A stretch of DNA of 64,000 bases from Zoogloea sp. (GCA_016789125.1 JAEUNU010000140.1:6338-70337), one strand, 5' to 3'. Positions 1 through 8,795 are shown, counted from the first letter of the stretch. The notes: generated by a model from the sequence alone, not told the origin. Numbers and translations: made by a program.

Positions 1-1424
1 TGGCCCTCATCACGGCGGTGCTCACCGCCTACCGGCTGTGGGTGATCCAGCACCTGGGCATCGACCTCTACGTGGACGAGGTCCAGTACTGGACCTGGTC
101 CCAGGCCCTAGCCTGGGGCTACTTCTCGAAGCCGCCGGTGATCGCCGCGCTGATCGCCGCCAGCACCGCGCTGCTCGGCAACGGCCTCGTCGCCATCAAG
201 CTGCCTTCGCTGCTGCTCTACCCGGCCACCACCGCGGTGCTCTACGCGCTGGGCACCAGGCTGTATTCGGCGCGGGTCGGCTTCTGGGCCGGGCTGGGCT
301 TCATGTCGATGCCGCTGGTGGCGGCCCTCGGGCTGTTTGTGTCCACCGACGCGCCGCTGCTCCTGTGCTGGTCACTGGCCCTGCTCTTCCTGTTGCGGGC
401 GCTGGAGCGCGACGGCTGGGCCGACTGGCTGGCCTGCGGCGCGGTGATCGGCGTCGGGCTGCTGTCGAAGTACACCATGGCGGCCTTCCTGCCCTCAGCC
501 CTCCTGCTGGTCGTGCTCGACGCCAGCCACCGCCGCTGGCTGGCCCGCCCCCAGCCCTGGGTGGCGGTGCTGCTGGCCCTCGCCATCCTCAGCCCCAACC
601 TCTACTGGAACTGGGCCCACGACTTCCCCACCTTCCGCCACACAGCCGAGATCACCCGCGTCGGCCACGGCGAACGCGGCTGGCACCCGGTGCAGCTGGG
701 CGAGTTCATCGGCGCCCAGTGGCTGTCCTTCGGCCCGCTGGCAGGCGCCCTGCTGGCCTGGGCCCTGGCCCGCAGCCTGGAGCTGTGGCGCGACCGGGCC
801 CATCGCACCCTGCTCATCTTCATCCTGCCGCTGCTGCTCCTGGTGAGCGCCCAGGCCCTCACCGGGCGGGCCAATGGCAACTGGGCGGCGCCGGTCTTCG
901 TGGCCGCCTGCCTGCTGGTGCCGGCAGTGTTCCTGGCCCGGCAACGGGGCTGGGTGGTGGCCGGAGTGGTCGTCAACCTGGTGGCCGCGCTGGGTGCCTA
1001 CCACTGGCCCGACATCGCCCGCGCCACCGGCACCGAGCTCACCGCCAGAAACGACCCCTACAAGCGCGCCCGCGGCTGGCTGAACCTCGCCGACGGCGTC
1101 GGCCACTACACCGCCGCTCACCCCGAAGCGATCCTGGTGGCCGAAGACCGCGAGCTCATCGCCCAGCTGCTCTACCGCCTGAAGCCCACCCAGTACGCCG
1201 CCTGGAACCCCGACGGCCTGCCCCGCGACCACTACGAACTCACGACCAGCCTCGCCGACAAGCAAGGCCGCGACGTGATCTATGTAAGCCGCAAGCCCGC
1301 CATCCCCGACATCGCCGCGCGCTTCGAATCCAGTGAAACCCTCGGCAAGGTGGTCGTGCCGATCCACCGGGATTTCCGGCGCGAGGTGCATGTGTTTCTG
1401 CTGAAGGGCTTCAAGGGGTATTGA
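1..1424 (+). CDS. Glycosyltransferase family 39 (ArnT/PMT-like GT-C membrane protein), probably 5'-truncated by the window edge
   Basis: ORF 18..1424 stays open upstream to the window start. Motifs DEVQYWTWSQ..WGYFSKPP, TDAPL and SKYT, plus many hydrophobic helices. Confidence 0.85.
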   Translation, partial: ALITAVLTAYRLWVIQHLGIDLYVDEVQYWTWSQALAWGYFSKPPVIAALIAASTALLGNGLVAIKLPSLLLYPATTAVLYALGTRLYSARVGFWAGLGFMSMPLVAALGLFVSTDAPLLLCWSLALLFLLRALERDGWADWLACGAVIGVGLLSKYTMAAFLPSALLLVVLDASHRRWLARPQPWVAVLLALAILSPNLYWNWAHDFPTFRHTAEITRVGHGERGWHPVQLGEFIGAQWLSFGPLAGALLAWALARSLELWRDRAHRTLLIFILPLLLLVSAQALTGRANGNWAAPVFVAACLLVPAVFLARQRGWVVAGVVVNLVAALGAYHWPDIARATGTELTARNDPYKRARGWLNLADGVGHYTAAHPEAILVAEDRELIAQLLYRLKPTQYAAWNPDGLPRDHYELTTSLADKQGRDVIYVSRKPAIPDIAARFESSETLGKVVVPIHRDFRREVHVFLLKGFKGY

Positions 1425-1433
1425 AGCCGGGGG

Positions 1434-1680
1434 AGCAGATTTGCGCTTCCAGGTAGCACCATTGGTCCGGCGGCGAGCAATGGTGCTACCTGTACCCACC
1501 GACGTTGCACCAAAAAGCAGCGACGTTGGTGCTTCACACCACAACCATTGCACAAAAAAGCAGCAACGTTGCTACCTCGGACCACCAACGTTGCACAAAA
1601 AAGCAGCGACGATGGTGCTTGAGGGTAGCAGGCTTGCTCGACGGAGCTGCATCGTTGCTGTCCGGAGTAGCAATGTTGGT
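1434..1680. repeat. Phased array of 12 degenerate palindromic 12-mers (consensus AGCAACGTTGCT) separated by 9-10 bp
   Basis: Units start at 1434,1455,1476,1498,1519,1541,1562,1584,1605,1627,1648,1669. The centre is a 43-bp higher-order repeat (ttgcac at 1505,1548,1591). There is a perfect 15-bp inverted repeat at 1450-1464/1478-1492. Confidence 0.85.
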
Positions 1681-1705
1681 ATTGGGGGGATCAACGGATT
1701 TCTGG

Positions 1706-1772
1706 TCGCTGATGGGGACCGACCGCTTTCCGTTGTTTAGCGTTTCGGTGGCCGGGTCGCGTTCCACGGCCG
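1706..1772 (+). repeat. Partial (5' part) third copy of the structured element
   Basis: tcgctgatggggaccgaccgctttccgttg...tggccgggtc resembles 1799-1851 (tcgctgatggagaccagtggctttccgcta...tggccgggtc). Confidence 0.7.
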
Positions 1773-1793
1773 GGTTTGCACACCCGGTTGTTT

Positions 1794-2074
1794 GCTGCTC
1801 GCTGATGGAGACCAGTGGCTTTCCGCTATCTGGCGTTGCATTGGCCGGGTCCCGCCCCGGCGGGCGGCCTACTTTCTTGCGTCGCCAAGAAAGTAGGCAA
1901 AGAAGGCGACCCCGCTTCACCGGTCGTCGGCGTCGCCGACGACTCCCCTGCGCTGCTCGCATCGGGCGGCCGGCGCAGAACTCGCCCGCTTCGCGGGCTC
2001 AAACAGCTGCGCCGGAAAGCCCCGCCCGCTGCTGCGCTGCTCGGCGGCTCAGAAGGGGCTTTTCGGAATCACCG
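1794..2074 (+). repeat. ~280-bp multi-hairpin repeat element, copy A (MITE-like or structured ncRNA)
   Basis: Stems gcctactttcttg/caagaaagtaggc, gtcgtcggc/gccgacgac, gcccgc/gcgggc and ccggcgcag/ctgcgccgg. Homologous to the reverse complement of 2162-2457. Confidence 0.85.
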
Positions 2075-2161
2075 TGCGTTGCAGGGCGAGTATGGTTGAT
2101 CGACGCAAAGGCAGAAAACCTGGTCGATTCGCTGATTGCACAAGACGTTTCAGTAAAGGCT

Positions 2162-2457
2162 CGGTGTGTGCTGAAAGCCCCTTCCGAGCCGCCGAGCAGC
2201 GGAACAACAGGCGGAGAAGTCCGGCGCAACTGTCTGAGCGGGCGCAACCCGCGAGTTCTGCGCCGGCCGCCTGTTGTGAGCAGTGCAGGGGAGTCGTCTG
2301 ATCAAGCTACGCTTGAGCAGACGACCGGCTCGGCGGGGTCGCCTTTCTTGCCTCCTTCTTTGGCGACGCAAAGAAGGAGGCCGGCCGCCGGGCCGGGACC
2401 CGGCCAATGTGGCGCAAACCAACGGAAAGCGGTTGGTCTCCATCAACGAACAGCAGC
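2162..2457 (-). repeat. ~295-bp multi-hairpin repeat element, copy B (inverted relative to A)
   Basis: Reverse complement aligns with 1794-2074, with the same stems carrying compensatory substitutions. Confidence 0.85.
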
Positions 2458-2475
2458 CATCGGGGAAAAGTATCG

Positions 2476-3861
2476 TCAGCCCTCCCCCGGCAATGCCCCC
2501 GGCAGCTCATCCAGCTGCGCCGCCTCGATCTTCTGGAAGTGGGCGGTGATCTTGCGCGACGAGGTCTGCACCTCAGCCACGTCCTCCCCCGCCTGGCGGA
2601 TGTGGGTGGCGAGCTTCTGCATGCGCTCGTCGAAGCGGTTGAAGTCCTTCGCCAGCTTGCCCAGGGCGTCCTTGATCACGTGGATCTGCTTGCGCGTCTC
2701 CACGTCCTTCAGCACCGCGCGGGCGGTGTTGAGCACCGCCATCAGGGTGGTCGGCGAGACGATCCACACCCGGCGCGTCATCGCGTAGGCCACCACCTCC
2801 GGGTGGTAGGCGTGGATCTCGGCGAACACCGCCTCGGCGGGGATGAACATCACCGCACCATCCGAGGTCACGTCGGGCAGAATGTACTTGCCGGCGATCG
2901 CGTCCACGTGCTTCTTCACGTCGCCGCGGAAGGCGCCCTGGGCGGCGCGGCGCTCCAGCTCGCCGGTGTCGGCGGCGAACATGCGGTGGTAGTTCTCGAG
3001 GGGGAACTTGGAGTCGACGATGACCATGCCGGTGGGCTCCGGCAGGCGCAGCACGCAGTCGGCGCGGGTGCCGTTGGGCAGGGTGTATTGAAAGTCGAAG
3101 GCCTCGGGCGGCAGCGCGTTGCGCACCAGGGCCTCCAGCTGCACCTCGCCGAAGGCGCCGCGGGCGCGCTTGTCGCCCAGCAGCTCCTGCAGGCTGACCA
3201 CGTTGGTGGTGAGATCGCCGATCTTCTTCTGGGCCTCGTCGATGGTGGCTAGGCGAGTCATCACGCTGGTGAAGGTCTCGTTGGTCTTGCGGAAGCCTTC
3301 GTCGAGACGCTGGTTAACGTGCCCGCTGATCGCCTCCAGGCGCTCGCCCACCGTGCGATTGAGGGCCTCGAAGCTGCCCGAGAGCTGCTCGGAGGCGCTC
3401 TTGAGGCCGCTCTGCAGCAGCTCCCGGTCGGCACGGGCGTGCTCGGAGAGGGTCTTGAGGGTCTCGGCGAGCAGGGTGCTGCGCAGCTTCTCCTGGCCGG
3501 CGGCGAAGGCATTCGCCAGCTCGGCGAGGCGCAGCATGGTCTCCTCGCGCTGGGTGCCGAGCTGGCCGACGAGCGCCAGGTGCAGCTGCTGCATGGCCTG
3601 GCGGGAGGCGGCCTGTTCCGCATCGAGGCGGTCGCGCAGGTTGTCCACCTCGCCGGCCACCAGGTCGATGACACGGTCGCTGCCGGCGGTGGTGGCGGTC
3701 TGGATGTCCCGCAGCAGGCCCAGCTGCAGCTGGGCGAACTGCTCATCCACGCGGCGGCCCAGACGGCCGAGCTGAAGCGCCAGCCAGACGACGGCGGCGA
3801 GGGTGACGGCAAGGGCGGCGAGAAGCCAGGGCAGCAGGCTGGAAGCGGATTCGGGGTTCAT
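2476..3861 (-). CDS. rmuC: DNA recombination protein RmuC
   Basis: N-terminal TM helix, coiled coil, RGAFGEVQLE, DSKFPLENY and AVMFIPAEAVF motifs. Confidence 0.92.
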   Translation of the reverse strand: MNPESASSLLPWLLAALAVTLAAVVWLALQLGRLGRRVDEQFAQLQLGLLRDIQTATTAGSDRVIDLVAGEVDNLRDRLDAEQAASRQAMQQLHLALVGQLGTQREETMLRLAELANAFAAGQEKLRSTLLAETLKTLSEHARADRELLQSGLKSASEQLSGSFEALNRTVGERLEAISGHVNQRLDEGFRKTNETFTSVMTRLATIDEAQKKIGDLTTNVVSLQELLGDKRARGAFGEVQLEALVRNALPPEAFDFQYTLPNGTRADCVLRLPEPTGMVIVDSKFPLENYHRMFAADTGELERRAAQGAFRGDVKKHVDAIAGKYILPDVTSDGAVMFIPAEAVFAEIHAYHPEVVAYAMTRRVWIVSPTTLMAVLNTARAVLKDVETRKQIHVIKDALGKLAKDFNRFDERMQKLATHIRQAGEDVAEVQTSSRKITAHFQKIEAAQLDELPGALPGEG

Positions 3862-3901
3862 CGGCCCGAGTATACCGGCGGCCCGGTCGCGCGCCGCGCC
3901 G

Positions 3902-6379
3902 TCAGGTAAGTGCGCGCAGGCTCTCGAGGGGCGGCCGCGACAGCAGGTGACGGGTGCCCAGCCAGCCGGCCAGCATCACCACCACGCAACCGGCCAGCGC
4001 ACCGGCCAGCACCGGCAGCAGGCTGGGCGCGTAAGGCAGCTTGAACACGAAGTGCCCCAGCGCCCAGCCGATGCCCGTCGCCCCGACCCCGGCCAGCGCC
4101 CCGGCGATCAGCCCGAGGGCCGCGAACTCGGCCAGCAGCGCGCCCCGCAGCTGGCGGTTGCGGGCGCCCAGGGTGCGCAGGATGGCGAGCTCCTTCTCGC
4201 GTTCGTCGTGGGTGGCCTGGAGCGCCCCGAGGAGCACCACCACCCCGGCCACCACCGCAAAGCCGAACACAAACTGCACCGCCCCGATCAGCTGCTCGAC
4301 CATGCTCTGGATCTGGCCGATCACCGCCGCCACGTCGATCACCGTGAGGTTGGGAAAGGCCGCCACCAGCCGGTTGGCAAACTCCATCTGCGCGGCAGGC
4401 AGGTGGAAGCTGGTGATGTAGCTGGCCGGCTGACTGTCGAGCATGCCGGGGGCGGCGATCACGAAGAAGTTCACCCGCATCGAGTCCCAGTCGAGCTTGC
4501 GCAGGCTGGTGATGCGCGCCTCGCTGCGCACCCCGGCGATCTCGAAGCTGAGCACGTCGCCCATCGCCAGCCCGAGGGTCTGGGCGAGACCCTGCTCGAC
4601 GGAGAACTGGGGCGTGGTGTCTGCCCCGTGCCAGCGCCCCGCCACCACGCTGTTGCCGTCCGGCAGGCGGCTGTCGAAGGAGAGGTTGAAGTCGCGGTCC
4701 ACCAGGCGCCGGGCGCGGTCGTCGGCGTAATCGTCGGGGCCCACCGGACGGCCGTTCACCGCCACCAGGCGGCCACGGATCATCGGCTGCAGCAGCGGCA
4801 CCGGGCGGCCATCGTCGGCGAAGAAGGCGCGCAGGGGCGCCAGCTGGTCGGGCTGGATATTGATGACGAAGCGGTTCGGTGCATCAGCCGGCGTAGCCTG
4901 GCGCCAGTTGTCGAGGAGATCGCTGCGCACCAGGGTGAGCAGCAGCAGCGCGGTGAGGCCCATGCCCAGCGCCAGCACCTGCACCAGGCTCGCCACCGGG
5001 CGCCGCCGCAGTGCCGCCAGGCCATAGCGCCAGCCGCTGCCGGCCACCGCCCGCAGGTGGCCCAGCAGGCCCAGCACCAGCCACGCCACCAGCCCATACA
5101 CCGCAAAGGCCAGCGCGAAGCCGCCCACCACCCAGGCTCCCAGCAGCCAGTCGCGGGCGATCGCCACCAGCAGGCTGGCCAGCACCAGCGCCCCCAGGCC
5201 CCAGGCCAGGCCCTCCCGCGCGGCCACGCCGTTCCACTCCCGGCGCAGCACCCGCAAGGTGGACACCCGCCCCAGGCGGATCAGCGGCGGCAGCGCAAAG
5301 CCCAGGAGCAGCAGCAGCGCCACCGCCATCCCGTGGGCCACCGGCCAGCCGCCCGGCGCCGGCAGCGGCACCCCGACCAGCCCACCGAGCAAGCCCGCCA
5401 GCACGAACTGCACGCCGAAACCCAGCGCACAGCCGACCACCCCGGCCGCCAGCCCCAGCAGCACGAATTCACCGATGAAGAGCCCCATCAGCTGCGCCTG
5501 GCGCGCGCCCAGGCAGCGCATCACCGCGCAGCCGTCGAGGTGGCGTTCGACGAAGCGCCGGGTCGCCAGCCCCACCGCCACCGCCGCCAGCACCACCGCC
5601 AGCATCGCCGCGAAGCGCAGGAAGCGTTCGGCCCGGTCGAGCACCGTGCGCACCTCGGGGCGGGCGTTGTCGACGGTCTCGAGGCTCTCGCCCCGCTGCA
5701 ACCGGCCCTTGGCCCAGGCCTCGAAGCGCGCCACCTCGGCCGGGTCACCGGCCACGTGGAGGCGGTGGAAGGCCCGGCTGCCGGGCTGGATCAGCTGGGT
5801 GGCCGGCAGGTCGGCGGCGTTGATGATGAGCCGCGGCAGCAGGCTGAAGAAGTTGGCGCCCCGGTCGGACTCGAAGCTGAGCACCGCCGCCATGCGCAGG
5901 CGCGAGGCGCCCAGGCCGACCACGTCGCCCACCTTCGCCCCCAGCGCGCTGGCCAGCCGCTCGTCGAGCCACAGCTCGCCCCGGGCCGGGATACCCGGCG
6001 CCGGTGCGTCCGGCTGGTTGAGCCCCGGCGCGATGCGGATCGCCCCCCGCAGCGGGTGCCCGTCCTCCACCACCTTGACGCCGGCCAGCTGTGCGCCTTC
6101 GCCGAGGGTGGCCATGCTGGTGAAGCTGGCACTCTCCACGCTCCGCAAGCCACGGCGGGTGGCCTCGGCACGCCACTCTGGCTTGAGGGCATGGTCGGCC
6201 ACCAGCACGAGGTCGCCGCCGAGGAGCTGGTTGGCCTCCAGCTTGAGGGCCCGGGCCACCCGGTCGGTGAAGAAGCCGACGCTGGTGAGGCTGGTCACCG
6301 CAATGATCAGCGCCACCAGCAGCAGACCGAGCTCACCGGCCCGCAGGTCGCGGCGGAGCATGCGCAGGGAGAGAAGCAT
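3902..6379 (-). CDS. ABC transporter permease, YbbP/FtsX-like with two permease domains
   Basis: Start taken as MLLSLRMLRRDLRAGEL (ATG at 6379). LLGGDL, APNRFVINIQPDQ and DWDSMRVNFF motifs are typical of YbbP. Confidence 0.85.
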   Translation of the reverse strand: MLLSLRMLRRDLRAGELGLLLVALIIAVTSLTSVGFFTDRVARALKLEANQLLGGDLVLVADHALKPEWRAEATRRGLRSVESASFTSMATLGEGAQLAGVKVVEDGHPLRGAIRIAPGLNQPDAPAPGIPARGELWLDERLASALGAKVGDVVGLGASRLRMAAVLSFESDRGANFFSLLPRLIINAADLPATQLIQPGSRAFHRLHVAGDPAEVARFEAWAKGRLQRGESLETVDNARPEVRTVLDRAERFLRFAAMLAVVLAAVAVGLATRRFVERHLDGCAVMRCLGARQAQLMGLFIGEFVLLGLAAGVVGCALGFGVQFVLAGLLGGLVGVPLPAPGGWPVAHGMAVALLLLLGFALPPLIRLGRVSTLRVLRREWNGVAAREGLAWGLGALVLASLLVAIARDWLLGAWVVGGFALAFAVYGLVAWLVLGLLGHLRAVAGSGWRYGLAALRRRPVASLVQVLALGMGLTALLLLTLVRSDLLDNWRQATPADAPNRFVINIQPDQLAPLRAFFADDGRPVPLLQPMIRGRLVAVNGRPVGPDDYADDRARRLVDRDFNLSFDSRLPDGNSVVAGRWHGADTTPQFSVEQGLAQTLGLAMGDVLSFEIAGVRSEARITSLRKLDWDSMRVNFFVIAAPGMLDSQPASYITSFHLPAAQMEFANRLVAAFPNLTVIDVAAVIGQIQSMVEQLIGAVQFVFGFAVVAGVVVLLGALQATHDEREKELAILRTLGARNRQLRGALLAEFAALGLIAGALAGVGATGIGWALGHFVFKLPYAPSLLPVLAGALAGCVVVMLAGWLGTRHLLSRPPLESLRALT

Positions 6380-6382
6380 TTT

Positions 6383-6408
6383 GGGGAGTGGGAAGTGGGG
6401 AGTGGGGG
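6383..6408 (+). repeat. G-rich heptamer tandem repeat (GGGAGTG-like), G-quadruplex motif
   Basis: ggggagtgggaagtggggagtggggg. Confidence 0.7.
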
Positions 6409-6549
6409 CTCGGTTCTGGCCGGTGTGCGCTGGCGGCGGGGCTTGGGGAGGTGAGCAATCAGGGGGCGGTAACGGCCGGGTTGCGCTGACGATGACGGCG
6501 CGCGGGAAACTCAATGGCGGCGGAGCAGCGGAGGCCGAGCGGCCTCACG

Positions 6550-6595
6550 CCCCCCCACTACCCATTTCCCACTACCCACTACCTACGTCCCACAA
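6550..6595 (-). repeat. Heptamer tandem repeat (CCCACTA-like, about 6 units; G-rich on the minus strand), inverted relative to 6383-6408
   Basis: cccacta cccattt cccacta cccacta cctacgt cccacaa. Confidence 0.75.
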
Positions 6596-7755
6596 GCCAG
6601 CCAGCGCTGGGCGAGGCGCACCCAGTAGGCGACGCCGTAGGGGATCGCCTCGTCGTTGAAATCGTAGTGGGGGTTGTGCAGCGTGCAGCCGCCCTCCCCC
6701 GGACCGTTGCCCAGCCAGATGTAGCAACCGGGCTTCTCCTGCAGGAAATACGAGAAATCCTCGGCGCCCATGCTGGGCTTGGGGTCCACGATCACGTGGG
6801 CGCTGCCGCACACTTCGGCCGCGGCCTGGATGCAGAAGTCGGCCTCGGCAGGGGTGTTGATGGTCGGCGGGTAGCCGCGGCGGTATTCGAAATTGACGTT
6901 GGCGCCGAAGGCCGCGCCGATGCCGGCGCAGATGCGCTGCATGGCGTCTTCGACCTGGGCGCGCACCTCCGGTCGGAAGGCCCGCACGGTGCCGCCGATG
7001 CGGGCCACGTCGGGGATCACGTTGTAGGCGTCACCGGCGTGGAACTGGGTGACCGACAGCACCGCGGCGTCCTGGGGGTCGGCGTTGCGGCTGACCACCG
7101 ACTGCAGCGCCTGGACCAGCGCCGCGCCAGCCTGCACCGGGTCGATGCCCTGGTGGGGCATGGCGGCGTGGGCGCCGTGGCCGCGGACCTCGATGTCGAA
7201 GCGGTCGGCGCAGGCCATCACCGGGCCGTGGTGCACGGCGATCTGCCCGAGGGGCAGGCCCGGCCAGTTGTGCAGGCCGAACACGGCATCCATCGGGAAG
7301 CGCTCGAACAGCCCGTCGTTTATCATCGCCGGCGCACCGCCCTCGCCCTCCTCGGCGGGCTGGAACAGGAAATACACGGTGCCGTCGAAATCAGGCTTTC
7401 GCGCCAGCTGCGCCGCGGCGCCGAGCAGCATCGCGGTGTGCCCGTCGTGGCCGCAGGCGTGCATGCGCCCGGCGTGACGGGAGTGGTGGGCGAAGTCGTT
7501 CTTTTCGTGGATCGGCAGTGCGTCCATGTCGGCGCGCAGGCCGATCGCCCGCTTGCTGCTGCCGGCGCGCAGCACGCCGACCACGCCGGTCTGGCCGACA
7601 CCCCGGTGGGTTTCGATGCCGAGGGCCTCGAGCCGCTCGGCCACCAGCGCGGCGGTACGGTGCTCCTCGAAGGCGAGTTCAGGGTGGGCGTGGATGTCAC
7701 GGCGGATCGCGGTGATCTCCGCGTGATCGGCCCGGAGAAGATCCAGAAGGTGCAT
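6583..7755 (-). CDS. M20 family amidohydrolase (hippurate hydrolase-like)
   Basis: HAHPELAFEE, LRADMDALP, MHACGHDGH, FQPAEEG, MGAEDF and LHNPHYDFND motifs. Confidence 0.92.
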   Translation of the reverse strand: MHLLDLLRADHAEITAIRRDIHAHPELAFEEHRTAALVAERLEALGIETHRGVGQTGVVGVLRAGSSKRAIGLRADMDALPIHEKNDFAHHSRHAGRMHACGHDGHTAMLLGAAAQLARKPDFDGTVYFLFQPAEEGEGGAPAMINDGLFERFPMDAVFGLHNWPGLPLGQIAVHHGPVMACADRFDIEVRGHGAHAAMPHQGIDPVQAGAALVQALQSVVSRNADPQDAAVLSVTQFHAGDAYNVIPDVARIGGTVRAFRPEVRAQVEDAMQRICAGIGAAFGANVNFEYRRGYPPTINTPAEADFCIQAAAEVCGSAHVIVDPKPSMGAEDFSYFLQEKPGCYIWLGNGPGEGGCTLHNPHYDFNDEAIPYGVAYWVRLAQRWLACGT

Positions 7756-7844
7756 GATGCGTCCCGAGAAACGGCCCATGGGCCTTGATGAACCAATGAT
7801 AGCAGCGCCTGCCGCTGCCGCCCCACCTGCAAGACGACTCCGCC

Positions 7845-8765
7845 ATGAAGCTCTTCTACGCCGACCACTTCGTGCTGCCCCTGCCCGCCGGCCACCGCTT
7901 CCCGATGGAAAAATACGCGCGCCTGCGGGAGCGCCTGATGGCCGGCGGTGACTTCACGCCGCACGACTTCAATGTGCCGGCCGCCGCCAGCGATACCGAG
8001 ATCCTCCGCGCCCACGACGCCGGCTACCTGCAGCGGGTGATCCGCGGCAGCCTCGCTCCCGACGAGATACGCCGGATCGGCTTTCCGTGGTCGGAGGCGA
8101 TGGTGGAGCGCTCCCGCCGCTCCGCCGGGGCCACCCTCGCCGCCTGCCGGGCGGCGCTCGACGACGGCTGCGCCGCCAACCTGGCCGGCGGCACCCACCA
8201 CGCCTTCCGCGACCGTGGCGAGGGCTTCTGCGTCTTCAACGACGCCGCCATCGCAGCACTGGCAATGCGGGCCGAGGGCCGCGCGGCGCGCGTCGCCATC
8301 ATCGACTGCGACGTGCATCAGGGCAACGGCACCGCCGCCATCCTCGCCCGCCAGCCCGAGTGCTTCACCTTCAGCCTCCACGGCGCCCGCAACTTTCCCT
8401 TCGAGAAGGAGACCAGCGACCTCGACGTGGAGCTCCCCGACGACACCGGCGACACCGGCTATCTGGATGCCCTCGACGCCGCGCTGCCCGTCGTGTTCGC
8501 CCGCAGCCAGCCGCAGCTGGTGATCTATCTGGCCGGCGCCGACCCCTTCGCGGGCGACCGCCTGGGACGCCTCAAGCTCAGCAAGGCCGGCCTCGCCGCC
8601 CGCGACGAGCTGGTGCTCGGCGAATGCCGACGCCGTGGCCTGCCTGTGGCGATCGCCATGGCCGGCGGCTACGCCCGCGACATCGACGACACGGTGGACA
8701 TCCACGCCACCACGATCTCCACGGCCGCACGCATCCACCGCCAGGCTGCGGCGGCCTCGCTATAA
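7845..8765 (+). CDS. Histone deacetylase family (Zn-dependent deacylase)
   Basis: GHRFPMEKY, GGTHHA, GFCVFND, DCDVHQGNGT, GADP and GGY motifs. Confidence 0.92.
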   Translation: MKLFYADHFVLPLPAGHRFPMEKYARLRERLMAGGDFTPHDFNVPAAASDTEILRAHDAGYLQRVIRGSLAPDEIRRIGFPWSEAMVERSRRSAGATLAACRAALDDGCAANLAGGTHHAFRDRGEGFCVFNDAAIAALAMRAEGRAARVAIIDCDVHQGNGTAAILARQPECFTFSLHGARNFPFEKETSDLDVELPDDTGDTGYLDALDAALPVVFARSQPQLVIYLAGADPFAGDRLGRLKLSKAGLAARDELVLGECRRRGLPVAIAMAGGYARDIDDTVDIHATTISTAARIHRQAAAASL

Positions 8766-8795
8766 TCGCTTCACCTCCCTGCCAGGATTGTTCCC

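Noticed and set aside
1434-1680. CRISPR or TIGR-type guide array
   Set aside because: The repeats are only 12 bp and degenerate, the linkers are 9-10 bp and some recur (caaaaaagc), and there is no cas or Nop-domain gene in the window. Kept as an unexplained array instead.
1505-2788. 427-aa ORF and other short ORFs over the repeat region
   Set aside because: They are translations of repeats and of the rmuC antisense strand, with no domain or codon bias.
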